Assembly: GCA_025201805.1 (NCBI GenBank) | Contig: MU619377.1 | Coordinates: 16,734-80,733 of the forward strand | Reading direction: 5' to 3' | Length of the DNA stretch: 64,000 bases | Origin: Parasitella parasitica NRRL 2501 | Taxonomy: Eukaryota > Fungi > Mucoromycota | Part shown: positions 39,980-52,800 of the stretch, piece by piece | Layout of the letters: every line of letters starts with the position of its first letter | How positions within the stretch are numbered: position 1 is the stretch's first letter | The notes under the pieces: model-generated | The model's input: the letters and a program-made list of their open reading frames with translations, nothing else | Told to the model about the DNA's origin: nothing | The model's database searches: none | Made by a program: the position numbers and the translations under genes

Positions 39980-41324
39980 ATGATTTCCAACAACGTTTTT
40001 AAAGCAGGTTATCGTGCATTCCATACTAGCACATATAGTTCAGCTAGGAAAACCGCATTGTATGGCTGGGGACAAACTCAAGCTTTGCCTTTAACCAACG
40101 GACACTTGCATCGAGTTCTTGGACGACCTACCAATTTACAAAAGGAGGAAGATTATGCATTACCTGTAAGTGGTTAAATGTACAAGTGAATCTCGGTAAT
40201 AATTCAGCATGTGATGTAGAGAGATCAAGTGGTAACACATGCAAGGTGTGGTTGGAGTCATTCTTTATTGAGAACTCAAGACAATAGCGTGTACGGATTT
40301 GGATTAAACCAAAGTGGGCAACTAGGCACTGGTCTCATGGGTCATAAAATAAACATACAGGATAATGTGAAGCTGCTATCATGCGGACGAGAGCATTCGC
40401 ATATAGTTACAGAGAAAAAAGAAAACGGGGGTATGCAGATTGACTTGGTGTACTATTGTAACTGTCTAACGTTTGATTTGACAGATACTCAATTATACTC
40501 CTTTGGCAACAATATGTATGGGCAATTAGGGATAGGGAAGAATAAAAACACGGCCCCTGGAAAATTTCTGAAGGAAGAAACGCCCGCACTGGTGGATTTT
40601 CAAGATACGATAACTCACATTGCATGTGGTTTTGATAATACAATATTTTCAACTGATAAAAATGCCCTTTTCGGTATGGGCTGGAGTGCTGACGGACAAC
40701 TAGGGCAGGGAAAGGATGATAAAGACGTACCGTCTCAGTTGAAATTGAGTCTTCAAATCAAAAAGTTGTCGAGTTCCACTGATTTTACTTTGGCATTAGA
40801 CGTAAAAGGCAGCTTGTGGACTTGGGGAAATTCTGAATATGGGCAAGGCATTCAAGGAAAAGTTATTGATAGAGTAAGTGTCTGCATATATCTTTCGAGA
40901 ATAAGGAATGCTCGTTATTTATTGAATGACATTCAAGATCCTGGAGCCGCTCGAGATCAAAAATATAGGAGATGTAGTGGATGTTGCGGCTGGTGGTCCA
41001 TTTTCTGTGTTGCTAACAAAAGACGGAAATGTGCATACTTGCGGCTATGGAGCCCTGGGCTTAGGAAAAGCCTCCATCCAAACATTGAAATGTACTCAGA
41101 TTGAAGGATTATCAAATGTTGTCAAGATATTTGCAGCAACTGACTATGCAGCAGCAATAACAGCGGGTGGAGAGCTTTACACATGGGGCTTGAATGGGCC
41201 AAGCAGCCGATTGGGAACAGGCTCACGTCAACATTTATTCAAACCAGAGCATATAAGGATCGACGGAGAAGCGATTGATTTGTCTCTTGGCACAAACCAT
41301 GCACTTGCTATTTGTGCCGTATGA
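39980..41324 (+). CDS. RCC1-repeat protein, probably mitochondrial (RCC1L-like), 3 exons
   Basis: Repeated YGFGLNQSGQLG, YSFGNNMYGQLG, WTWGNSEYGQ and CGxxHS motifs; basic/hydroxyl-rich N-terminus (YRAFHTST). Confidence 0.85.
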
Positions 41325-41449
41325 AAACTTCCGAAATGTATTGAATAAACGATGATGATATCTTCCGAGCTTCGTACAATGAATCATTTTTCGGATTATT
41401 AGGATGTGTAGAGGTCCATGCTCATTCTTTTATTTTCTTCCTTACGAAC

Positions 41450-42229
41450 ATGACTTTATCCGCTATTGAATACAAGGGACCATCTAAACAATTTGATTCA
41501 TATGAAAGGTATGATTTGCGTAAATATCAAGTAAGAGCAAGGGAGTATTTTATTAACATAAAAAAAAGATATTACGCTGAAGAGGTATATACAAATAAAT
41601 ATGTACTTGATGTTGAATGTGCATAAAACAGCGATTTATTTGTATACATAAAATAGAAACCTTACAATTGCATTTTGCCTAGTCTAAATGGTCATGGATT
41701 CGGTCGTTTCGATAAACTGATGCATCAGCAGCAGCATCAGCGACAAACTCAAACAACCAGCGATCATCCTATTAAACGGAAGAGGAAATCTGTTGTGATT
41801 AAATCACTTGCAGATTTGCGTACACAAAAGGATTGTGATGAAATCATGGAAAATTTGTTCTCGTTATCCGATTCGAGCTTATCATCAGATGAGGAAGATG
41901 AGGAGGCAATGCTTCATCAACAATTACCATCGTCAACACAAGAACAAGCATCAGGTCAAGCACACATGTTGTTATTACCTCATTTAGCTGATTACTTGGT
42001 CAACCATCCCGACGAGCCACCGGAGAACTTTTTATTTAGACACTATCACCGATTTTCGCTCCAAGACCTATACTATCCTATAGAAAACATCGAGAACATT
42101 GCACGATCATGCAATTCGTTGGCTGAAGGAGTTTATATTACAATGGACGAATTCGAAGCACTCCAAGGGTTTAGTCGATTTGCGGCTATCAACAGATCTG
42201 ATTTTCATAAAGGGAGGGTTATCATATAA
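41450..42229 (+). CDS. Hypothetical protein, 2 exons
   Basis: MTLSAIEYKG...YDLRKYQ, intron 41531-41656, joins in frame to ORF 41675-42229; KRKRK NLS-like motif and an acidic patch. Confidence 0.65.
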
Positions 42230-42472
42230 TTTTAAAAAAAGAGGGAGATTCCGTAGAAGAGGATATATTATAAATTTATATGGTTCGTGCATCTGTAATT
42301 GCTTCAATTGGTGGGTGAGACAAAGTTAAACCACTTTGCATGTTGATGGGCGTAGTTTTCCCTCCCCTTTATTTTTAGTATTTATTCTAGTGCCCCTTTA
42401 TTTTTCTTTCGTTTGTTCTTTTATATTCCCATCCTTTTTTTTTTTTTTTTTTTTGCTTTCCTTATTATTATC

Positions 42473-43594
42473 ATGTCAAGTTATTCATATCATCATTCAA
42501 TCGAGAGTAAAAACCATAATATCAGTTTGGCAAGTGTCAGTAGCAGCAGCAGACATAGTAGCAGCAGCCGTAGTAGTACAAGTAGCATGAGCAGTAATAA
42601 TAGCATTATGGGTAGTAAGCGACTTAAAAGAAACGAAGGTATAGTAATATTTGGATTTATTCCAATGGCTTCTAATTGGTATTTATAGGATCCCATCAAC
42701 AAGTGTATCATCCATATTATAAACAACAACAACATCCACAATCAGTGTCACAATCTCCACCAGAGTCAATACGACAACAGCAACAACAAGAAACTACCTC
42801 ATCTACTTCTCCCTCTTCTTCTCAGTCATGCAGATATGATTCCTCGCTTGGTTTATTGACAAAAAAGTTCATTACATTACTTCGATCTAGCGCACATGGA
42901 GACCTTGATTTAAACCGCGCTGCAAGTCAACTAAAAGTGCAAAAAAGAAGAATTTATGACATTACCAATGTATTAGAAGGAATTAGATTGATTGAGAAAA
43001 ATTCTAAAAATCATGTAAGATGGATGTGAGTATTGATTTACAAATATATCTATATAAACCAACCAACTAACATGAAAAAAAAAAAAGCGGGAATGCTGCA
43101 GCAAACTCTACTAATGAAACGACGAGTGATAATATCCTGACAACAAAAACATCAACATCAATCAATGAACTTGAAGAAAGACTGGCAAATTTGAAAAACC
43201 ATAATCAAATGCTAGAAAATGAAAAGACACATTTAGACATATTCAAACGTCAGATAGATCAAGAAATTGAAAAAGTCATAAAAGACAATCAGTCGTATTG
43301 TTATTTGACATTGGACGATATAGAAAAATTTGAAGTGATAATGGCAGCTCAGCAGGAGGCCCTCGTGGTTGTAAATGCACCTTATGATACGGATATTGAG
43401 GTGCATCAAGTGAAAAATATAACATCCAAGAAAAAGGTACACTTCTTTTTACCCCTTTAATTGTTATCACACCGCCTAATATCATTCCGCAGTCTAATAC
43501 AACAAAGTGTTATATAAGAGTGCCTGAAAATTCAGCAATACCGCTACGAGTGATACCATTAAAACGCAAAGACAAGGATCGTGTTAATCACTAA
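42473..43594 (+). CDS. E2F: E2F transcription factor, 4 exons, about 317 aa
   Basis: [13 protein letters not shown]...[40 protein letters not shown] winged helix, then coiled coil and marked box (YLTLDDI...VVNAPYDT). Exons 42473-42638, 42689-43025, 43088-43436, 43493-43594. Confidence 0.93.
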
Positions 43595-44162
43595 TTTTAA
43601 CTTTTTTATTTTTTTTTCCCGGTGAAAAAAAGGAAAAGTTCTAATTTATTCCACATATATAAAATACCTTTAAATGTCAAATGAGAAGCTTTTCAAATTC
43701 GGTATCATACATAATAATGTATGCATAATGATGAATGGAATTAAATTTAAAGGGATGAATAGGAAAAGGAGGGAATATTGTATTGAGCATATATATTTTT
43801 CTCACACTCAACTAGATGAAAAACACATTTCCTTTTTTTATTATATGCAAAATATTCTAATGCCTTTAATACTTTTTAATTAAGAAGGCAAGATTATATA
43901 TGATAGGTTGCTATGGTAACTCTCCTTTCAGTTATAACATATCGGTGCATCTGTTCATCCAGAAAAGCCCAAACAAATCCGATGAAAATGCCAGATGTAT
44001 ATCATGTGTCACTGAAATTTTCTAATAATCTCAGTTGTTATACATCTCAACCATTCAAACCATTCGCAAATATGCTGCTTCTATATAACCAATAAAGTGT
44101 ATGGATGCGTAATATTATTAGTTTTATTGAATATATACATATATTTTTTAGAGGATAGCGGT

Positions 44163-47100
44163 TCAAAGTTCTTTTGACTTTTTGTTACTACTGTTGTCTT
44201 CTTGCTTATGCTTTCTTCTCTTGCTAGGATTAAGTGCAAATGATTTTGATGATGACGACGATGATGAGGATGAGGAAGTTGAAGATGATGTGGAAGTTGA
44301 TGGCGAAGGTGATGTTGTACTGATGTTTGTAGGTTTTGGAGGTTTGACGGTTAGTTTGATGATTTTATGGGGTCTACTTGATGGTGAAGGGCCTACTGTG
44401 GTAACTAATTTTCTTCTTGTAGGGGGGTTTGCTGGTTTTGCAGCGTCCACTAACTGTTGTGTATCGACTGGCACCACTATATTTACCGACTTTAGGGGAT
44501 TTGTGGGCCCATCAATGGAAACTGCTTCAGCTGAATACTTTTCTTGATCGCTGAGTTTTTCGTGGTCTTTAGCCGGTTCCACATTGCTTATAGATGTTTC
44601 ATGATATGGTCGAATATGATCCACGGATGAGACACTCGAAGGGCCGTAGGGAGGCAATGTCACAGTTGATTTCACTACAGGCCCAATTACTGGCGCAAGA
44701 GCTTCAATTTTGGAGCGCAAGAATTCAGTTTCATCCAACAAAAGGACCTCCAGACCCATCAATGTACGTAAATAGTATTTAATTCTACTCACGTCTTCGA
44801 GTCCCAACTGTTTTTTGGAACGACAGAAAGCTTGAACATGACTTTTGTAATCTTGCATGATTTTATGGATGTTGGAAATGGCTTCGTAATCTTTAGGGCG
44901 GAAACTCAGGGTTTCTCCAAAATTCACTAGATCCGTAAGCTCTGTTAACGTGGGTTGTCTTGATTGATGTGGAATCTTTTTAGACGCTTCCGTGGGGCGG
45001 CAAATGAGACAAACGTATGAGCTAGTAGCTCGAGCTGCGGTGCGAGCAACTTTTAAGCAAGAGCCATGATACCACTCGTGGCATACATCGCATTCAATCA
45101 TAAGTCCAGATTCGGCTTTTCTACAGATGCAATACAGGTTCGGCTTTCCTTCGCTCTGAGTAATACGCTGGACATTTGTTATGATCTCTTTCAATACAAC
45201 ATCCAATGCTTTTTGTCTTCCGTTCATCAACGTAGAACGAAGATGTTCATTCCACGAACTGTTGCGAGACATTTCAAACGCTAATCTTGTTGCCAATTCA
45301 GAATTGAAACATAATTCTCTTGACAAGGTAGTCAATCTTTGCGCTTCAGAAATGGTAGGGCGGTCGGCAATGTTTGCGTTGGTGCATCTAGAGTTCAGCA
45401 TGACATCCATTTCTGCAAGTGTCGACTCCGAGCGAGATATGCTATTTCGCAAACGAGAAACGAGTTGCGGGTCCAATTCGATGCTTAATTCGGGATTCTT
45501 CGTATTATATCCAATATTGAAAATACTCTGCTGATCATTCATTTCGATTTTCTCTCTTCCTTTACTAACATTTTCAACGTATTGGACTACTCGTTTTCCA
45601 AAGTCTTCAGTGTCAATAAGACGTTTAAACAAGAGATCGTCATCGGGATTCATAGCCATGTCTTCTCCATCTTTAATGAGTTTTCTGTAGGTTTTTGCAA
45701 CGAAATGATTGTTGAAAGCTTGCTGTACCATTTCTTCCCAAGAGTTGTGCAAAATGACTTTTCTAAGCTTTCTGAAAACGATCGAGTCAGCACGTAATTG
45801 TAGTCCACGTTCGAATACATCTGCTTGAAGCTCAGAATTGCCTGATGATAAAAGCTCGAATGTGATTTCGTTGTCTAAATCTTTCAGCTTCGCTGCATAC
45901 GCTTCCACATCAGTCAGTTGTACAAGATCAAACCCAATCTCTGAGGCTATTTCGATCAGATTTTGGCATCGTTCATATCGAGTTTCATGATGCTTTGAAC
46001 TGTCGTGTTTCACACCTAGTAAACGATCAGCATCAGTGTTCCACTGGTCCAAAATTTCGATAAAGTTTTTCAAATTGCCAATGGGCTCTTGAGGAGCATC
46101 ATTGTTGTGAGCTTCTTTTAGTAGATCTCGAAGTTTTTTGATAGTAGGGACTGACTTGGCATTCATAGCATTTTCAAATTTTTCAACCCAATTAGCAGGA
46201 GTAGACCCAGTATTAATAACACTCTGGACTAGTTCATCAAGCTGGATATCTGTGAATTGCAGCTGCATGACTTTACTGCTCATTTCACAGGTGCATAGCT
46301 ATGCAATGCATGTTAGAGTGTAACAACTTTTAAACCAGCACCATGTTACTTACTTCAGTTACATGGTCGAGACAGCCCACTTTAGAAGTACATTCACAAC
46401 TAATGTATGATAAATAAGTGTAACAATTACAGAACACGCATTGCAATTCTTCGCGGACTTGGTCTTCAGGAACGATTTTTTCAACTATTTTCTTGTTTCT
46501 AACATTTTGTCTCTCCTTGATTTCTCTGCTTTGCATTTCAGTCAAGCCACGCTTCAACCAATCTATGTTCTCCACTGACTTGAGGTTGCGAGCGGCTGTA
46601 ACCAACAAATTGTCATGAGAGAAGCAAGGTTGTCGTCTAAAGGCTTTATAGCGCTTGACACATTCTAAGCCAAAATCGATCCATTCACCTGGAGCAAAAT
46701 TAACGGCCTCGCAGAAATTAAACTATAGTAGAGAGTGTTTAGCGCTCGATATATTACGCATGGGAAAAGATAAGCACTTACGCCATGATTAAATCCAGAG
46801 TGATAGGCTTTCGGGTAGGTAATTACAAACTGGCCAGGGCGCTGATCAACAGCGTAAACATTTACATTTTCTTTTACCAAGCGTTCAGGACTAAGCATCG
46901 TGATCAATTGAAACAGCAAATCTGGCTGTTGATCAAATAACTCTGGGACAGCCTTCTTCATTGCAGCTTCAAATTTTGCAGTATCAGATCCTGGGACACC
47001 ATACCAGGTTTTGGTCTCGCCCCAATGCATGTAATTTATGGAATAAGTATAGTGGTCTTCGTTATGCCAACAGAAAGCAGAGAAACACATTCCAACATAT

Positions 47101-48483
47101 AACCAAGGAACCATCATGCCACTAATATCGGATTTGATATAGGTAAATAAAGATTGAGGTACCACAGGGATAACGTTCAGATTCCATGGGTCGAATGCAC
47201 TCTTTGGTATATGATCGGCAGTCGAGAAGCCACTAAAACAGAATTTGTTAAGAGGTTAGTGAATATATAGCAGGCATCTGGTAACTTACCTTCCGTGTTG
47301 AGTACTGTGCAAATCAGCACCATACTCAACCTGACATGTCTCATGAGGATTTTCGACTAATCTCCAAAACTCGCTTTCACACTCCTCTTCGGTGACAGTG
47401 TTGGCATTTACAGAGTGGGTCTTTTCAAACCAATTTTTCTTGAAATTCTGGCAGACTGTATGAAAGTCGCTCAGGCTGTACTCGTTGCCGTCTTCAAAGC
47501 CATAATCCTTTCCAACAGCAGTTAGGCATTGGAAACAAAACCAATCGGTTTTGGGGATCACAGTCAAAGGGGGGTTCAAGCAATACATATGGAAACCACG
47601 GTTACAGCCATCACAGAGTAGCAGCTTCTCCTCATTTTCGGATTTATGACAAATCTCACAAGTATCGTTCTCATTAGAATCTGTCGAGGAAGAGGAGCCA
47701 TGCTCTAGTATATTATATAATGAGTGTCATTGATATGACAAGTGTTGAANNNNNNNNNNAAAAAAAAAAAGAGTACCTTTTTTTACCGTAAATTGATCGA
47801 CATCATCTTTATGCTTAGTGTACCATATTTCGTACGGTAAGATTACCTTTTGATATGCTGTTTTAAGAGCGTTGGACATGGATGTACATTGTTTACGAGC
47901 ATAGCCTAGAACCCTGCCTATCTCGGCCCATTTTTTGAGTCTTGTAACTTCTTGGACACCCCCGCGGATGGCAACCTCGTTCTTTAGTTTATAGAGGTCT
48001 ATAGGTCTTTTATCAAGTTGAGGAATTTTGCCAACAGGCTTTCCCGTTAAGATGTGGTATTTGTTCAACTGTTCCAAATAATTTACATTAGTACGGGTCT
48101 CGCCTTCCATACTATTCAATTTTTGAATGCGAGTTTTGAAGCGAAAGGTCTAAACAGAGATTATGTTAATTCATTAAATTAATTTACATTTTGTAGTAAC
48201 AAACCTCCGTTTTTAAACTGAAATCAGGATTGTAGTCTTTTGGAGGGACAATTTTAATGATGCCATACTTTTCGCCTTCAGGGCTGATTTTTTCAATGTA
48301 GCTTAGAGGGTCCTTGAATTCGTCTTTTGTTGGGTAAAATGTAGGAGCTTCTTCTATACCAAATAATCGCTTGGATTTGCCGCTCACAGGCTCTTCAGAT
48401 TTAATCTTCACACTTGACAAGTCAAACGGCAGCGTACTGCTTGTATCTGATTTTATAGTGGTATTTTTAGCTGCTCTGCGCAT
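44163..48483 (-). CDS. KDM5: JARID1/KDM5 H3K4 demethylase (JmjN-ARID-PHD-JmjC-C5HC2-PLU1-PHD)
   Basis: EAPTFYPT (JmjN), IDLYKLK..KKWAEIG (ARID), [18 protein letters not shown] and AYHSGFN (JmjC iron ligands intact), [17 protein letters not shown] (PHD). Confidence 0.95.
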
Positions 48484-48676
48484 ATTTTTGATTATTTTTG
48501 TACAATTATGTATTATTCAATTAAGTTTTCAAAGTGAAAAATGAATAATTTGATTATAAATGTTGGATTTTTGAGGGAAAAAAAGAGAGAGAGGGAGGAG
48601 GGCGAACGAAAAAAATGATTGCGAAGCAACCAAATTTAATTTTCCATTGTCATGGTGTGCGTGTAAAAAAGAAATT

Positions 48677-49830
48677 TTACTTGGTAAGGCCAATCAGATT
48701 CGAATACAACATGGTTAACACTGGAGAACAGCCCACTTCACCTTTCCATTGCATCAAATTATCTGCTCTAGTAGGTCCTTTGGTGACAATACCAATTGGC
48801 TTATTCAAATGGTTTGCTAGTCGCAATAATCTATAGGACGAGTAGGTCGCCAAAGATGACCCTATCACTAGCACTGCAGAACTATCACGTACAAACTTTT
48901 CTGCTTGGTTTGTCACTTGGCGTTTGATATTTTCCCCAAAGAACACAACCTTGGGCTTCATTTTTTGACTACCACAATGTAGACAAGGTGGTATATCAAA
49001 TTCGTCGTAAGAAGTTCCTTCGGGAAGCTCGACATCGCCATCAGGGTTCATTCTACCCTTTCCAATCATTTCTTTCCAGCTAGGGTTTCTAGCGTGGATT
49101 CGATGCTGATACATGTCTCTATTGACGGAGGCGTCTCCACAGTCCATGCATTCTACTTTATAGAGAGTGCCATGCAATTCTAACAAGTTCTTCTCAGGTG
49201 TACCTGCTTTTGTATGTAAATTATCAACATTTTGTGTGATGATGTTTTGTATGTAGCCATCGACAACGAGATTTTTAAGTGTATCATGAGTGGTGTTAGG
49301 TAACGATTCAGACATTTTGGGCCAACCCAAGTAACTACGAGACCAGTACCTTTGACGATAATTATGAGAAGAAGCAAGTTCATGATATAAAATAGGCCGA
49401 TGATTTGGGTTGCGAACATAACTGCAAATGGTTATTATTTTTATAAGATTGCATCTTGGTGAGTATATTCCTTACGTTCCCTGTTGAATAATATAAGACG
49501 TCGGCATATGATGTGAACCATTCATTTTACGTATACCTGATCTCCTCTATAATCCGGTATACCCGAATCTGTTGAAGCGCCTTTGCATTTTTCAAAATCA
49601 AATAATTAGCCATTATTGTTGCTACAAGTTTGTGTCTGCCTACCTGCACCCGTGACAATCAACATACGTCCTTTATAGCGTTGAAACATTTCTGTTACCA
49701 TAAAAGCAACCTGGTCAACATCAAAGGAAGACGCAGCTGCTGGAAATGTCGTTTTTAATTCTGGGATTTTAATTGTAGCGTTCCAGACTTTGTTGGATAT
49801 TTGCCTTGTCGTCAAAGTTTGGTAAATCAT
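48677..49830 (-). CDS. SIRT4: Class II sirtuin (SIRT4-like), 4 exons including a 5-nt micro-exon
   Basis: TGAGASTDSGIPDYRG, YWSRSYLGWP, ITQNVDNLH, ELHG, NPDGDVEL, KPKVVFFGENI, GSSLATYS. Confidence 0.9.
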
Positions 49831-50312
49831 ATCAGAACAAACTCTTAAAATTATCAATTTCGCACAGTGAGAGCGTGGAGATGATGGGCTGGGATAGACG
49901 ACCATTTAATTTACGCTGGTTTGCACGTCATGATGAGAATGAGTTTATTGAATACCAGCGAGACATTTTTTCAGGCAAGCTCCCTCCCTCTCTTCCTGTT
50001 ATACCTCTTTCATTATTGTTCTTTTTTTCATTTGAATAGCATTAAATCTTGCAAAAAAAATCAAAAAATCAAAAAAAGGTAGTTCAGCATCTAAAATCAG
50101 TCAGTCATACAGAATTTGGCCAAAAAAAAAAAGAGGAAGAAAAAAAGGTTTACTCATCCCATATTCAGTTTGAGAAAGTATATTGCTTTCCCGGTTTATA
50201 GATTTTATAGATATTTAGAGAGACAGAGAAAAAAGTTGATAGGTAACTGCGTATGAGCGTGGAATGTACTAGTATTAAACTAGCTTGGATAGATTAATAT
50301 ATATAAAAGATA

Positions 50313-52383
50313 ATGGCACAACAAAAAAAGGTAAATGTTCTGATTTTTCTTGTCCATGTTCACATTATTAATCTCGTTTAATATGTAGAGTAAATCTAAA
50401 GTGAGCTATACTTCCATCTTTATCGTTTTTTGTCTTAACGATTATTTGTAGATTGAACATGATGACAGCTTTACTGGTGTTGCAATTTTAAACAACTCAA
50501 ATCCTGATAATGCTTGGAAAGCCGTTGGTAGTCCTTCAAGAAGAGGAAGCACAACGACACCATTCCTGGACATTAACAAAAAATCAAGTCCTAATGACTC
50601 TCCTGTAAATGATCATATCGATATTATTAGAAGGTCTTCCGTTGTATCTGAGAGCAACGTCAATAATAGCGGCAATAATAATTGGGGCTCGTTTGGAGGA
50701 TTTCAATGGGAAGGCCCCTCAATCTTTGATGAAGATGGCAAGCCTGTTACTGTTCCTCCCACTCAGCCTGCTCCCGATGATGTTCAGACAGTCTTCAATA
50801 CAAACTATGACATTCTCTCGGTTCCTATGTTACCTGGTGTTTCGCTTGAACCTATATACCGTCAACAGCGTAGTCTTTCATTTTCGATGGGACAGGACCC
50901 CACTTTTTTCGGCTATGATGATTATGATGAGAATCCTCAACAACAGCAACAGCAGAATCAATATCAGTCTACTTTCAAGTCTAGTTTGAGTCCTATGGAG
51001 GAAGAAGACGATGTTTACTATGATGAATTTGATCACATCAGATCAAGATCAAAATCTTCAGGCGCTGCATTTGGTTTGCTATCTCAAAATCAACATTCTC
51101 GTTTGATGAATAGTAGCCATAGCAGACGAGGCTCTGAACAGCAAGAGGATTTACTGATAAATCAACGTCGTCGCTCCTCATCGAGATTTTTCAACACAAA
51201 TGATGCTCAAATGTCTCTGGGCGATAAAGAAAGACTGGACAATCTGCAGCGTCGTCTATCTCAACAAGAGTATTCTTTCCCTGATAATTTTATGAGAAGA
51301 CAATCATTGACTTTGAGCACTCAACCACCTAGCAACATTCAACAACTGGCTGATCAACTTGAAAATACACATTTGAGGACGGATCTACCCAATATTGGTG
51401 CGTTCCAACCACCACCACCACCACCGCCACCAACTCAACCTCAACAGCCTCAATATAGATCAGATCTTTACGCCCAACATTTGCAGCAACAGCCCTTCTT
51501 TAACAATGGTCCTCTTAGTTATCAGCAGCCGTCAGTTCAGCACACCCACCATCAAACACATCAACATCAACATCAACATCAGCAGCGACAACAACAGTAT
51601 CAACATCAGCAGCAGCAACAGCAGCAACAACAGCAACAACAGCAACAACAGCAACAGCAAGTTGCTGATGATTACTTTGATGCTGACCCTAGAGGATTTC
51701 AGGACCTTGGAAAGGGCATCCCCATTCACCGTTTAGTCCACAATGCCCCATTATACATGGTTGAGTTCAAGGGCGGTAGAACTGAATTCTTTTATGTCAA
51801 TGATTCCAGCCAATTTCATCCTCAGGTGGGTGACCTTGTCATTGTTGAAGGGGATCGTGGCAAAGATCTTGGTAAAGTCGCATGCAACACGTTAAGCATT
51901 GATCAGGTTACTGTTTTAGAACAAAAAAAGCAAGCTCAATTACAACAATTGGAAAATGACAAAGAAAAGGAGGAGGATGCGCTTAATAAAGCTCAAAGGG
52001 AACTTCATGTCAAAAGAATATTCAGATTAGCTGCACCTGACGAAGTAAATCTACTGTTGGTTAAAGGCCAAGATGAACACAAAGCGCTTGTCGTATGCCA
52101 GCAAAAAACAAAGCAACGAAAACTACCCATGGAAGTTGTAGATGCTGAATATCAATGGGATCGTCGCAAGTTGACTTTTTATTTTGAAGCTGAGAATCGT
52201 ATTGACTTTAGAGAGTTGGTTCGTGAATTATTCAAGATTTACAAGACTCGTATCTGGATGTGAGTAGACTCTTGTAATTTCTTATCCGTTGCAATGCTAA
52301 CTCTTTGTGTTAGGTGTGTTGTAACTGCCCCTATCACTGCAGATGACATTAATGCAGCAGCAACAACGCTATCTGAAACGTAA
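50313..52383 (+). CDS. PSP1: PSP1 C-terminal domain protein with Q/H-rich low-complexity region
   Basis: [70 protein letters not shown]. Confidence 0.88.
51550..51660 (+). repeat. CAA/CAG/CAT microsatellite encoding HQ repeats and polyQ
   Basis: Seen directly inside the PSP1 ORF. Confidence 0.9.
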
Positions 52384-52800
52384 TGGGCTATGAGTAATCA
52401 AGAGAAATTCGACGTGAAAATATGTGGTTCACTTCTTTAACGTTTTAGACTAATAAACGTCATATGTATTTTAACAACGACAATCAAGCCAATTCTTCTC
52501 TATATTCTCTATATTCCTAGGGCAGTACTATGAGATGGTAACTGTAAACTGATTGGAGATTATATTGTGGCGATTATGCACAGCATGCAGTATTGTATCT
52601 TTGGATGAATACTGAAAAATACATGGCCTTAGTATGATACATTTTGCGGTTAGCGTTTTTGGTTTCCGATAAATTCTTCAGTTGGTGCTGAGCTGTCTCA
52701 TTACGTCCTTTTCTTCCCATTTATCATTTTAAATCGCATTTTACAAAAATCCGTTTAATTGGTCTTGATCTTCATCACCTGCTTTACTAACCTGTAGTGT

